DNA of 56,935 nt, the filler included, from Sphacelaria rigidula (Eukaryota), in the NCBI GenBank assembly GCA_964200075.2. It is 8 parts of 8 records of this genome, joined end to end, with 100 filler letters (N's around TTAATTAATTAA, not from the genome) between each part and the next. Parts side by side here need not be neighbours in the genome. Positions count along the whole stretch, not along the records: positions 35,649 to 42,677 come from CAXNAA020016876.1; positions 42,778 to 49,806 come from CAXNAA020016877.1; 6 more parts are not named here. One strand, 5' to 3'. Of the stretch, positions 36,830 to 48,028 are shown one piece after another. The notes below the pieces were generated by a model. The model was not told the DNA's origin. It did no database searches and saw only the letters and a program-made list of their open reading frames with translations. The translations under genes and the position numbers were made by a program. Position 1 is the stretch's first letter, and each line of letters begins with the position of its first letter.

Positions 36830-37207
36830 TAGTGTGTTGTGTTGTCGTGTGTTGTCGTCCTATCTATTCTGGGCGCCAGTCTNNNNNNNNNNCTTTCGGG
36901 ATATGTGGGCACATCAGCCGGGGTCACACAGGAGGAAGGTCAACACAGGAGCTTTTCCTTTTTTACTTGTTTTTAGTACCTCGCCTTCCTTCGGCGGTCC
37001 TTGCCTTTTTATTTTTTGTCGCGAAGGGGTTCAGTAGTCCCTTTCCCTCGTCGACCGTTAAGTCGAATTTTGTGTACCCACGACATAGTCGCTCTCCACT
37101 GTTGGGCATCGTGGAAGAAAAATTCCCGATCGCTCCAGGAATCGAGCGCCACGACTCCACCGTCAGAAGGTTACGAAGTTATGAACTGAACCATCGGGGC
37201 GACCGGC
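36830..37207 (-). mobile_element. tRNA-derived SINE, longer copy with CA-rich tail
   Basis: Head gccggtcgccccgatggttcagtt, same core as 4727-4990, tail gacaacacacgacaacacaacac. Contains a 10-N gap at 36883-36892. Confidence 0.75.
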
Positions 37208-37558
37208 ATAGTATTTGGGTCGTAACATTCCTTCAATCGACGACCGATCACGGCGCGGTGAGGTGCCGTTGATCGCCACCGTACGGTACGGTGCAGTATC
37301 GAGGATCGACCGTACAATTTTCACGGCTTGTCATTGATACGATCTTGCCCTTCCGCGGTACACGGTACAATACCGTGTGGGCAATTTCGCGCGGCATGGC
37401 GCAGACAAGAACTTGACAGAAGAGGATCCTGAGAAATGAGGTTGGAAATTAATGAAAGGCTCAACTCTAACATAATAACATAATGTTGTCCCTGACTTAG
37501 TCCAAGGAAATCCCGTTTCATATCGAAGACCTCATCCCCCGGGTCCTCCTTGGAACCT

Positions 37559-38587
37559 ACATGGGGAAATCAAGCGGGACAAAAATCGGACTCCGATGGA
37601 AATACCGAGCAGTTTGTTGAAACGCATATTTTTGAGTCGAGTGTAATTCGTTCATTGTCAGCGAGTTCTTTAGTTTTTGGTACCCTTTTTGACTGCGAAG
37701 CAGTCCAGTGGGGTTCGTGTAGTTATGCTAGTGTACCTGTTGTGGGTTGTAATCTCAATCCCCACCAGCTGTGCCGACTTTATGCCAGCAGGTTATATAG
37801 AACAGAGGATTCTGGGATATCGAGTTGAATTTTCAAATGAGGTTCATCCCATCTTCCGAAAATTCAGATTTTCCCTCGAATAGTGTTGCAACAAAAAAGA
37901 ATTTACGGATCTTTCGTTTCTGTTGAAGTTGAGCAGATGTGGCTGAAAGCGCCTAGTAGTTGCGGTGTACACGTGTGTCGATGGCGATACCATCGTCAGG
38001 GCGATGGCGAATAGGAAGGCTTCTCGCCCGTGCCCCTTGTGTATCTTTATTCGGCGATTCCCGATCGCTGGAGAGATTGCCATCATGTTATCACCACATA
38101 CCCATTTATTAACCCTTTCGTCGGCACGAGATCACAGGGACTTCGTCGCACAGCCCTCAACACGATGATGCCGCTTGGGTTGTCGCAATTTGAGTGATAT
38201 GACCGTGTCTCGTCTGGGGTGCTGACCAATGCAGATTTCTAATCCTTTCTCACGTTTTTGTTGAACAGGGCGTGCCTCTGTGCGCTACGGAATACGTCGT
38301 CGATGAACATCTAACCAACTTTCCAGGATCCTCTGTTCTATGTAAGCTGCCGGCATGAAGTCGGCATAGCTGGTGTGGATTGAGATTACAAGCCACAATA
38401 GGTACACTCGTAGAACTAAACGAACTCCACTGACTGGACTGATTCGCAGTCAAAAGGGGCATGAAAAAGGTGAAGAACTCGCTGACAATAGACATATCAT
38501 ACAAGACCCAACAATAATATGTGTTCGAGCAAACCGTTTGGTATTCTCAACAGAATCTGATTCCTGTCCCACTCGATTTCCCCATGT
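37559..38587. mobile_element. Non-autonomous DNA element with about 260-bp imperfect terminal inverted repeats
   Basis: ACATGGGGAAATC ... GATTTCCCCATGT; arms about 37559-37820 and 38320-38587 are reverse complements (e.g. ttgtaatctcaatcc / ggattgagattacaa). Confidence 0.85.
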
Positions 38588-38589
38588 GC

Positions 38590-39106
38590 GTCATGCCACG
38601 GTAGGGGTGTACAAAATATTTCCCATGTTTCAATGGCTCTTTATTTTATCCAGAAGTATTCACAAAGTTTGTGAGATAGTGATGCTGCGATAGGGTCAGC
38701 ACTTTTACGGCCTGAGAGTAGAATTGTCAGGAACCCTTTTTTATCTCATCCAAAACACGACTTTCGAAATAGGTGAGAGTACGCCAGGGTTTTTCTTCCA
38801 ATTTTCTAGGGATATCCCGAATGAATTTGCAAAGGGGAATATCCTGACCCATATTCTTGTGTAGTTCCTTATTGTTACGAAACCCCTGAATGAATCAGGC
38901 CGGTTTTGGCCCCAGAAGTGCAGACCCTATCGCAGCATCACTCGAGAGCACGCCATAACTCACATTCCAATGGGCTCGGCATATTTAGAATGAAATTAAA
39001 ACAGCTGTGCCCTGACCATTTTTTCTTGTATAACTCTTGACTTCACGATCCCCTTGATGAGGACCATCATCTGTCCCTGAACGTACAATACCTACCGTGG
39101 TATGAC
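38590..39106. mobile_element. MITE-like element hosting a nested MITE
   Basis: GTCATGCCACGGTAGG / CCTACCGTGGTATGAC, 15 of 16 inverted match. Confidence 0.55.
38678..38942. mobile_element. MITE with 20-bp perfect TIR
   Basis: AGTGATGCTGCGATAGGGTC ... GACCCTATCGCAGCATCACT. Confidence 0.8.
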
Positions 39107-39902
39107 TCATGTCAAGTACCGTCCAATCCATCGTGGTTTGCCGTACTTCTGGAGTAACATGAGCGTCAACCCGGCAGTGTCTCTACCAGGTGTTTACTGA
39201 TGTTTTATCGCAAGGTCGTTGTGGGAACCTAGTCCGGCATGTATCGCCTCCGAATAATGTATGGTACGAAAGCTCTCCTCGGTTTCCAAACGTATACCCA
39301 GAGACGCCACAGGAACTTTCACGCGCCACCTGTTTTATGCAGTTATACCTTAGAACCCTTCCGAATCGTTGAACTCTTGAGGGTGTCAAAACACAATTGT
39401 ACCCATGTGCGTCCATGTCATGTACAGGCTGAATCACGTGCTCGGCGCAATAGTTTATGTTTGAAAGGGGTCGTGGGACCTCCGTTGATGTATTAATTGT
39501 TTAGTAGAAAAGTTTATATTATACTCTCCATGTAAAATGTAAAAGCCCCATGTATGCTCTCCGCTCGAACACCGCACACTGAACGCACACACATACACAC
39601 TGAATGAAGTGGGGTAGTCATTCCTGGGGAAAACGCTCATACAAACATGACATGTCATAATCCCATCTCTTCGCCACGCAAGAATGCATGTCCCCGTCAG
39701 ACACCTACTGCAACCATGATATCGGGTATACCTTAATCAACAGACGTGTATATCGTATTCGCATTTCCCCTGTGCGTCATGATCCAATCACAACATCAAT
39801 ATCCCTTGCATCGAGGCACGTGAACTGTTATATTCCTTGAGCGTAAGTATACTCGATTATCATGTCGTCAAACGCCGTCAGGCCCGGGCTGCTTCGTTGT
39901 TG

Positions 39903-41273
39903 ATGGGAGCAAGTACTGTGCTGGGACCCGGGGACCGTGCTAGTTTTTATCGGCTACTTAGGGACGGATGTTCAGCGGAGCCTCGAGAGCTAAAGCTACT
40001 GTATCGAGCATCTCGTGACGGATTCTATGCGGCAAACTTTCACTCCAAATGCGACAATGTTGGGGCTACGATAACACTGGTGAGGGTTGGAAACATCTCA
40101 TCCTCGACGGGGCAGCAGCTACACGAAGTCACGGAGGTATCATCTGCAACGGAGAGTATTGTCGGGGGGTTTTCGGATGTTTCGTGGTCGAGTGAACAGC
40201 CATACAAAGACTCCGAAGCGGCGTTCATCTTCATGCTCCGGGATGACACAGGACATAGTACGGCTAGCCATGCACACGCGACAAGGTGGGCGATCAACGA
40301 GGAGATATGGCACACGGACACCCGACTCAAGGCAGTGCACTGTAACCAAAAGGGTGGGCCATGCTTTGGTGTTGGAGAGCTCAACGTAAATCTCAAGACC
40401 AGCCACCGCAGCAGCGCCAAGAACTTTACCGCTGACAGCAGCTACAACCAAGGCTACAGCGCCGGCTACAATCAAGGCTTCAAAGACCGATACAACACCT
40501 TCTTCGGCAACAAATCTACAATCACCTGCAAAGCCGCGAGCACATACGCGGTGCCGAGGACTTCACGTGAAGCGTATAACCGTTTGGACGGAAGGTCTGT
40601 CGTGGACGTAGAGGTGTTTCTGGTAGAAAGCTATCATCAATCACCATCGTTTACCACACCCAGGTGCAAAACACCCAAAACTTCGTCTGATGAGGATGAT
40701 GGCATGGATGGCTGTGAAGCCTCTATTTTCGAGTGCGTCCGTCGCGAACGCGCGTCACTGCAGCGAGCCAAAGGTGAGCTGGCACAGATTAATGTTAGGC
40801 TCGACACGACGGTACAGACAATGACAGAACTCTACGGTCCAAGAGTCACGGGCGAACCCGACGCAGTCGTGGAGCTTAATGTTCGTGGAGCGCCCATGTC
40901 CACGCTGTTCTCCACTCTTCAGGGGTGCCCCGATTCTGGTCTCGCTGTTATGTTCAGCAAGCGATGGCAGACAAGCAAGAAAAACGTCGACGCAGAGGGG
41001 CGGCGGCAGCTGGACTGCGACCCCGCATGTTTCGCTAAAGTACTTGAGATGCTCCGTTCGAAACAACGTGTAGTTTCGGCTGGTGCTTCAAGTAGCGATG
41101 CGCGTGGGGAGACGATCACAACGATGGCAAAAACGAAGAGCACGGATATACCTCGTCCCTACGTGGTGGTGGATGCTGCTGAGCGAGAGTGCTTCGAGGA
41201 GCTTGTGAACAAATACTTTCCCGGGCATGAAGATTTTATCATAAAATCAGTCAGCTTTTCATCCGGGCATTGA
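39903..41273 (+). CDS. TLDc domain + coiled coil + KCTD/T1-type BTB/POZ domain protein, uninterrupted ORF
   Basis: TLDc motifs LKLLYRASRDGF...FHSKCDNVGATITLV...IVGGFSDVSW...AFIFML...GPCFG...DVEVF; BTB motifs VVELNVRG..MSTLFSTLQGCPDSGLAVMF...LDCDPACFAKVLEMLR. First ATG at 39903; frame open from 39837. Confidence 0.88.
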   Translation: MGASTVLGPGDRASFYRLLRDGCSAEPRELKLLYRASRDGFYAANFHSKCDNVGATITLVRVGNISSSTGQQLHEVTEVSSATESIVGGFSDVSWSSEQPYKDSEAAFIFMLRDDTGHSTASHAHATRWAINEEIWHTDTRLKAVHCNQKGGPCFGVGELNVNLKTSHRSSAKNFTADSSYNQGYSAGYNQGFKDRYNTFFGNKSTITCKAASTYAVPRTSREAYNRLDGRSVVDVEVFLVESYHQSPSFTTPRCKTPKTSSDEDDGMDGCEASIFECVRRERASLQRAKGELAQINVRLDTTVQTMTELYGPRVTGEPDAVVELNVRGAPMSTLFSTLQGCPDSGLAVMFSKRWQTSKKNVDAEGRRQLDCDPACFAKVLEMLRSKQRVVSAGASSSDARGETITTMAKTKSTDIPRPYVVVDAAERECFEELVNKYFPGHEDFIIKSVSFSSGH

Positions 41274-41433
41274 CAAGCCCAGAGGCGGTATCGACGTCGA
41301 CGGTGTGATGATATATGGAGGAACGGGCCTGGATGGGTACTAGTAATTACGGGTCTTGATAAGTTCTAGTAGTAATTCTATTTGGCGGATGTGAACTCAA
41401 GATATGCCTGGACAGTAACGGATTTTGGATATA

Positions 41434-41840
41434 CAGAGGATTCTATAAAATGAGCTTCATCAATGAAATAAGGTTCGAGCCCAAAATAGTACTTTCTCCA
41501 CACTTTCAGCGATGGTGCCCAATGACGTTTTCGTCGGCCTAATGCCCCCCGATCGCGTAGATACTTTTTCAGCGCATTTTACCGACTCTGTGAGCTTACA
41601 GCGCTGACCGAAACTGCTGTTTTCCCTGATATCCCCCCCCCCCAAAATGAGTGGAAATGACGGTTTCGGACAGCGCTGTAAGCTCACAGAGTCGATAAAA
41701 TGCGCTGAAGAAGTATCTACGCGATCGGGCATTAGGCCGACAAGAAAATCATTGGGCAACATCGCTGAAAGCGTGGGGAAAGTACTGTTTTGAGCTCGAA
41801 CCTCATTTCATTGATGAACCTCATTTTATAGAATCCTCTG
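41434..41840. mobile_element. Foldback MITE (407 bp, about 180-bp arms), Tc1/mariner-pogo-like ends
   Basis: TA|CAGAGGATTCTATAAAATGAG ... CTCATTTTATAGAATCCTCTG|TTA; arms highly complementary throughout. Confidence 0.92.
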
Positions 41841-41875
41841 TTAATTCCAGCTGTTTGGTCGATCGGCTGCTAAGC

Positions 41876-42388
41876 ATGCAGAGAGTAAGGGTTGACCCAG
41901 AACGTGCAGCAGAGGCCAAGTGGTACGCAGCGGTCGCATGACCTTTCATGCTGCTGCAAAGATCTTTGGCATCTTCATTGGTTCACTGCAGAAGCATGCC
42001 AGTGGTAGCCTGGGCATAGCTGGCAGGGTTGGTCCGGGTACTGTAGTATCGAGGTAGGAAGAAAATCTCATCGGAGATGTGCTGAAACTTGCCGCAGCTC
42101 GTCAACGGGCCTGAATCAAGATGGCCTGAAACAGGCGGCTATGGCACTCTGGAGCGACAATTGACCGGTGCCATAGGACCCGACAGTAGGCTCAGGTCGA
42201 AAATGGCTTGACTTGTTCCTTCGGAGGCACCCGCGGCTAGGTGAGCGCAGCAATCGCATCTTGAAGGCCGACAGGGTGGTGCGGCCGACGAAGAAGATCG
42301 CATGACGAAGGTTCATGCAACCTGTGAGGACTACGTGAACAAGGAGAAGCCAGCAACCGACTACAGATGGAACACTGACGAGACAGGT
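41876..42388 (+). pseudogene. pogo/Tigger-like (psq HTH + CENP-B HTH + start of DDE) transposase relic
   Basis: Across stops and frameshifts: VRSGRMTFHAAAKIFGI..GSLQKHASG...VGPGTVVSR*EENLI...GRKWLDLFLRRHPRL...YRWNTDETG. The last motif carries the first catalytic Asp. Confidence 0.8.
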
Positions 42389-42677
42389 GCTGTACAATCT
42401 GTCAAGAGCCGTTGCGTTCATGTGATACAACGCATTTGTCTAAAGCCAGAGCCAGAGGCTGTTGCAGTTGAGTGGTGTTCGTCTGCTCTCAATTATGCTG
42501 CGTTTGAAACAGTATTATTTTCGCGGCATTGCTCGCCGACAAAGCATTTGGCTTTTGTCTGCTGATTGCTGTCTCCGCTTGTTCTGTAGAGGTGTTGCAA
42601 GTACCGTGGGTAGAGGTGGTGCCAGTACTGTGCGTACCACCCGATACTCGACGTACTACTCTGTACTGTGCCCCTTC

Positions 42678-42777
42678 NNNNNNNNNNNNNNNNNNNNNNN
42701 NNNNNNNNNNNNNNNNNNNNNTTAATTAATTAANNNNNNNNNNNNNNNNNNNNNNNNNNNNNNNNNNNNNNNNNNNN
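42678..42777. other. Artificial contig-joining spacer
   Basis: N44-TTAATTAATTAA-N44. Confidence 0.98.
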
Positions 42778-42824
42778 CGATGTGGAAGAAGGGATTACAC
42801 TCACTCACATGAGTACATGTTTTC

Positions 42825-43435
42825 CTTGGGTGAGCTATCGAGCGTAGCTCATCCACATAAATATGTTTTTCCTGGGTGAGCTGTAAGAAGTGCGTGAGCT
42901 CCACATGTTTCCCCGCGGTGAGCTACAAGAGCTAGGTGAGCTACGCATGTTTGCCTTGGGTGAGCTACCGGACGTAGCTCATCCGCGCGCGTTTTCTCTG
43001 GGTGAGCTGTGAGAGCTACATGAGCTGCACATGTTTGCCCTGGGTGAGCTATCAACCCGTAGCTCATCAGCTCAGATTCGCCCTGAGTGAGCTATGGGAT
43101 CTATATAAGCTACGCACGGGTGCGATAGGTGAGCTATCAACCCGTAGCTCATCAGCTCATATTCGCCCCGGACGAACTGTGACGAACTGTGAGAGCTGCA
43201 TGAGCTACGCATATTTGTCCTGGGTGAGCTACCAACCCGTAGCTCATCAGCTCAAATTCGCCCCTGGTGAGCTATGAGAGCTGCATGAGCTACGTATGTT
43301 TGTCCTGGGTGAGCTACCTACTCGTAGCTCATCAGCGCACGTTTACCTTGTGTTGAGCTATCGGACGTAGCTCACATGTACACGTTTGACTGCAAGTGAG
43401 CTATCGCCCGCAGATGAGCTAGCTCATGAGCTGTC
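42825..43435. repeat. Complex tandem/inverted repeat of TGAGCTA/TAGCTCA modules
   Basis: Many copies of gggtgagcta...cgtagctcatc with recurring higher-order blocks. Confidence 0.9.
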
Positions 43436-44519
43436 CTAGATGTGAAGTCTTCAAGCCGACTATCGAAGTTCAGGTTCTGAAACTTTCGCACCTCGGACAA
43501 TATATGGTCAATAGTTGCAATTGACAAGAAACGTACTGCATAGAGTATAGGCCGGATTTTATGGCAAACATATTTTTGGCCCACGGATTGTCCACTTTTA
43601 GGACGTTTGACCCACCTTTTGACCCCCAGACCAAGAAAACCGCCAACACACGCCTCGTACACTTTACATCACTCCACAGAGAGTAGCCTAGTCTGTTTTT
43701 CAGGTTCCCTTGGCTCCGAGGTCTCAAGATTGGCCGCTGAACAAAAATTCGTGCGCAAAAATCTTGCTTGCATACAGAACTCATCACGGGACCTCCCAAG
43801 GTTCCGTATACCTACACATGAAGATCCCACGTATATCTGTACAATGCTTGTGGCCTGCGAGTCTGAGGAGGAGATAGTGCACACGCCTTTTCATCTCATG
43901 TCACAGAGCTCAAACGACGTCGATTTGAGTAAAAACGCATCCTGCGCACGCTGAAGGGCACCTGGGACTGTCGGTGCAGGGAAGGGCCGGATGCGATGTG
44001 TTCGCCTGAACTGAAACCAAGTGTTTAGTCAACCATGGAATTTGTCGGGCAGGTCGTGTCATCACGCTAGCGCCCTCGTTTTGGTTCATGACGACGTGTT
44101 GTATTGTCGTAATCGGCTATTAGTCCGGACTAGGAAAAGGGAGGAAGTTAAGTCAGGGAGCTGCCCACGCAAGAGTTGCTCCCACGTCTCGTCCCTGTCG
44201 GACGCGCTGAACTATTCGACAGGTACGTGCTACTCTCCGCGAAGCTGGGAACTAGAAGCTTTAGGTCCGTGTAATGTAAATCCGAATACAAGTCCCACGT
44301 CGAAATCAGTTGGACTTCTTACTGGGGTGCTACCGCGGTGTGTTGAGTGCTCGTTGACCATCGAGACAGAGTTCAAGGCCATCAAGCGGGACACAGACTG
44401 CTGTCGAAGGACTACTGTGTGGTACCGTATACACCACACGGTAGCTCAAGAACAGCCGAAACTCTTTAACTGCAGTTCTGGGTTGAATGGACGTTGAGTA
44501 GCGGCGGAGGAGAGGAAGA

Positions 44520-44794
44520 ATGCCAGCTTTAGCAGTAGCAACAGTTGCCGACTTGGCAGCCGACGACCGACGTTTGTTGGAGGCTCAGCTAGCAGAAGAA
44601 CGAGGCAAATGGACGGCAAGGCGGCGGATGGCGATGCGCGACAACCTCGCATTTTGGTTTCTCGGTCTCATCAACAATTCATCCTACGTAATCATGATGG
44701 CGTTTGCGAAGGACATTTTGCCGAGCGCCGTCGGGGTGGTGTTCCTAGCCGATGTGGCTCCGACCATGGTCATCAAGGTGTCCGCGCCGTACTG
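44520..44794 (+). CDS. CLN3: Exon 1 of battenin (CLN3/BTN1 family) vacuolar/lysosomal membrane protein
   Basis: LAFWFLGLINNSSYVIMMAFAKDIL...GVVFLADVAPTMVIKVSAPYW matches the CLN3/Btn1 N-terminal TM1-TM2 signature; donor TG|GTGAGT at 44795. Exon 2 not identified. Confidence 0.9.
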
Positions 44795-46429
44795 GTGAGT
44801 TTGTAGTACACATGTTTAAACCTACGGGCGTTTCGTCCTCAACATACATTTGGTGCACTACGTTAAGATACCCACTTTATAGGTGGCCTGTCTCCATATC
44901 CTTAGGGCACTTTCGCGGTAATCCAGGCTAAAGCCTCGTGGGCCCAAGTCTGTCGTATCCCTTTGACTGCGAGCTTCGTCTCGGAATAGTTTCTCCAGCT
45001 GACAGTCCGGGAACGTCCAGGTATTTCCAGGGGACGCGGGGGGGTGGTTTTCGAGGGAGGGGTGAGTGCCTGTTCGCACAACAGCCGGCAAGCTCACGTA
45101 GTCAACCATGTGTGTTTAGAAGTTCCCCGCGGAAAATTCCTAGCCGGGAAAGAGGCCCAGGAGGAGGGGAGTGACCATTTGATCGTTGTGATTGTCAGAA
45201 CGGTCACGTTGTTGTCCTGCAGATGGACTACAGATGGACTACCTCGCAGCGAAGCTGGATTTGGTCATTTTGGTCACGACCACTGAGGGCGTGTCCTGAC
45301 ACTTTTCTCTTCGATCGAAAAAATGGGACGGTGGAATCGATTCGAGCGAAATTTTCTCGTTTTGATGCAGTTGGGTCTAGATGGATTTCCAAGCTTTCGA
45401 TCGCACCAAGACAATGGAAATCGTGGAACGGCACATGGTCACTCGTGTACAGTACAGACAGTCTGTACTGTCTGCACTGCTTGCAAGCAGGTGTCTTAGG
45501 TACGTGTGTGCTTGTTTCTTTCAGGAGGATATAAAAGAGACGCGGGCAACGTGCAGTGCAGACAGCCTAGGAGGACTATCAGTTCCCTCTACGTGCATTG
45601 CGACGTCAAGAGGACTTATGCGTGCAGCTTTGTGCTGCCTGCACTGTTTATGAGCTTGCACGCAACTCGGTTGCCCACCGTACCACGCAGTTCCATCGCT
45701 GACCCCTAATATGAGAGAAGATGCGCAAGTTTTCGACAAAAATGAACGAAGCATACCCAACTACTGCAGTGTAGTCATCCCTGGGCTCAACTCGTGCTCT
45801 ATGCGGCAGGGTTGTGGTGGTAACTGAGAGTGAGTTTGATGGGGTTTGCATGGTCCTGTGAACAGGTGTTACCTGGTGTGGTGGTCTGTAAGATGGGAGT
45901 CAAGTGCCGTTTTGTGTCTTTTGACCGCATGTTTTCGATGGAAAACGATTGTTTTTTACCTCGATGCATTCTTTTCCGCGCGCCACTAATTATAATTTTG
46001 AGTTGAAGCCCCCTGGGAACATAAATGCAGTGGTTATCAGATCGGCGAACAAAATTTCGACCGCACTTTTTCGATCGAAAAAAAAAGTGCCAAGACTCGC
46101 TCTGACCATGAGAAACATGGGCAAAGGGCATGCTTTTTACCCTCCTCGTAGTCTTTGCCGCCTGCCTGACCTCTCCTGTGTTCCCAGCGTCGCCTCACAC
46201 TGCCTGTAGTGTTGTTCTGAGACACTGGGCGGAGACGTCCGTACCGTGCAGTATACTATTCAGCGGAGAGCGATGACATGCTGACTGCTTTATGCTGTTG
46301 TATTCAGTCGCTGATAATGAACGTTCGCATGTGTAGTATGTGCAGTAGAGTAGCAGCAGTACAAACTTGCAAGGACAGGTGAAGTAGAGTATTCTCGATA
46401 CTCCGTATTTTTTTGAAAATTTATACTTT

Positions 46430-46855
46430 GAGTACCCAAAAATGGAGTAGAGTAGTTGAGATCGTACTCAATCTACCCAAAAATTGAGTAGAGTAGTTGA
46501 GGTCATACTCAAGCTACCCAGAATTTGAGTAGAGTATCGAGGTCATACCCAAGTGAGACTCTATACTCAAGTATTACTGAGAGTACTTGCCCAAATTTTG
46601 AGTAGACTACTGGAGGTCATACTCAATCTACCCAAAATTTGAGGAGAGTACTCGGGGTCGTACTCAATCTACCCGAAATTTGAGTAGAGATTGAAGGTCA
46701 TATTCGATCTACCCAAAATTTGAGTAGAGTATTTGAGGTCATCCCCGATTTAAACCGAAATTTGAGTAGAGTATTTGAGGCCATACGCAATCTACCCGAA
46801 ATTTGGGTAGAGTATCTGAGGCCGGACCCAATGTACCTAAACCTTGGGTATAACT
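46430..46855. repeat. About 41-bp minisatellite, about 10 degenerate copies
   Basis: Unit gagtagagtatttgaggtcatactcaatctacccaaaattt starting at 46445, 46486, 46527 and onward. Related sequence at about 47870-47960 and 30400-30610. Confidence 0.9.
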
Positions 46856-48028
46856 TTAGTATTCAAGCTCGTACGAAACTGGGGTAAACTAAATACCCGG
46901 GTATTGATAGTAAGTATTTGGTATAGTCCGTACCCGGGTATGGTCCCCGGGTATCCGGACATGTTACCGGGTGTTAGACGCGTTTCATCCTCCTGCAAGT
47001 GGGGAAACGGGGAAACAGCTGATAACGAAAGGGTCATGAGGCACATGATGACTGAGCCACACGACAAAATTAAGAATTCACAATCTGTCGAGCACAAAAA
47101 AAAACACGAAATCCAAATGACCGGTACAAGTGCAACTGCACTCCTGATTTAATCCAGACGCTGAACGAGATTCGTATGAATTTCGCGATTCCACCTCGCT
47201 CTGTTGTGGGAAAAAACGTTCCATGATGACTTATCGCATCTCTACACAGCTCGGCTGCTGTCTCGCCCCTCACCCTCATGTGCCACCACCCTTTCACTTC
47301 CTATCATACAAAATAGTACATCACCTACAATCGTTCATCTGTAGCATCGCCGTAAACTCCTCCTAACTACTAAATAAATGCAGTAGTTCACCGTTCTTCC
47401 ACCCCCCCGACATCATCCTATTCTAGAGTCATGCCACCCGGAGGCAAAGCTGTGTCGAGCAGTTGAAGACCGCGTCTTGCACCTGTTTCTACCGCTGGAT
47501 CTCCCATGGAGGAGTCAGATGTGCGGCCCGTAGAGTCGCTCATTTTGACAATACCTACCCGACCACCCGTCTACTCGATTACTTGATGATGATGAGTAGC
47601 GCTTTGTACTAAATCTGATATCGAAGGGGGTGCGAGGTATCAAGTATGTACTGCCATGGGTGGCGGCAGGTGAGCTGGGGCAGGTAAGTTCACTTACCTG
47701 CACGCTTCTTTTATTTTTTTATGGCCACCATTCCCTTATACTCATTGTAGCACGTGGCGCAACGTCACTCATCTCATTGATGGTCATCGTTCGCCCATAT
47801 ATCCAACATCGTCTGTGAAGTGACGTCATGAAGTCGCCGACGCTCACGGTTACTCATCATGCCCAAGTAATACTCTACACCTGAGTATTACTGAATGCTC
47901 ACCCAATATTTGAGTATAGTATTTGAGGTCGTACTCAATCAACCCAAAATTTGAGTAGGATGCATGATGTTTGCATATCTCGCAGCAGCAGCGGCTGCTA
48001 GCGTGCGCCGCTTGCAAGTCTTGAAAGG

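Noticed and set aside
42825..43435. CRISPR-like or REP array
   Set aside because: Intervening sequences are themselves repeated and spacing is irregular.
7817..44794. A linked system of Pmp-like receptor, G-alpha, TLDc-BTB and CLN3 (signalling or vacuolar pH cluster)
   Set aside because: The genes lie on different concatenated contigs; adjacency reflects contig length only.
46430..46855. CRISPR-like array
   Set aside because: Units are directly tandem and degenerate with no unique spacers, there are no cas genes, and the context is a eukaryotic intron.
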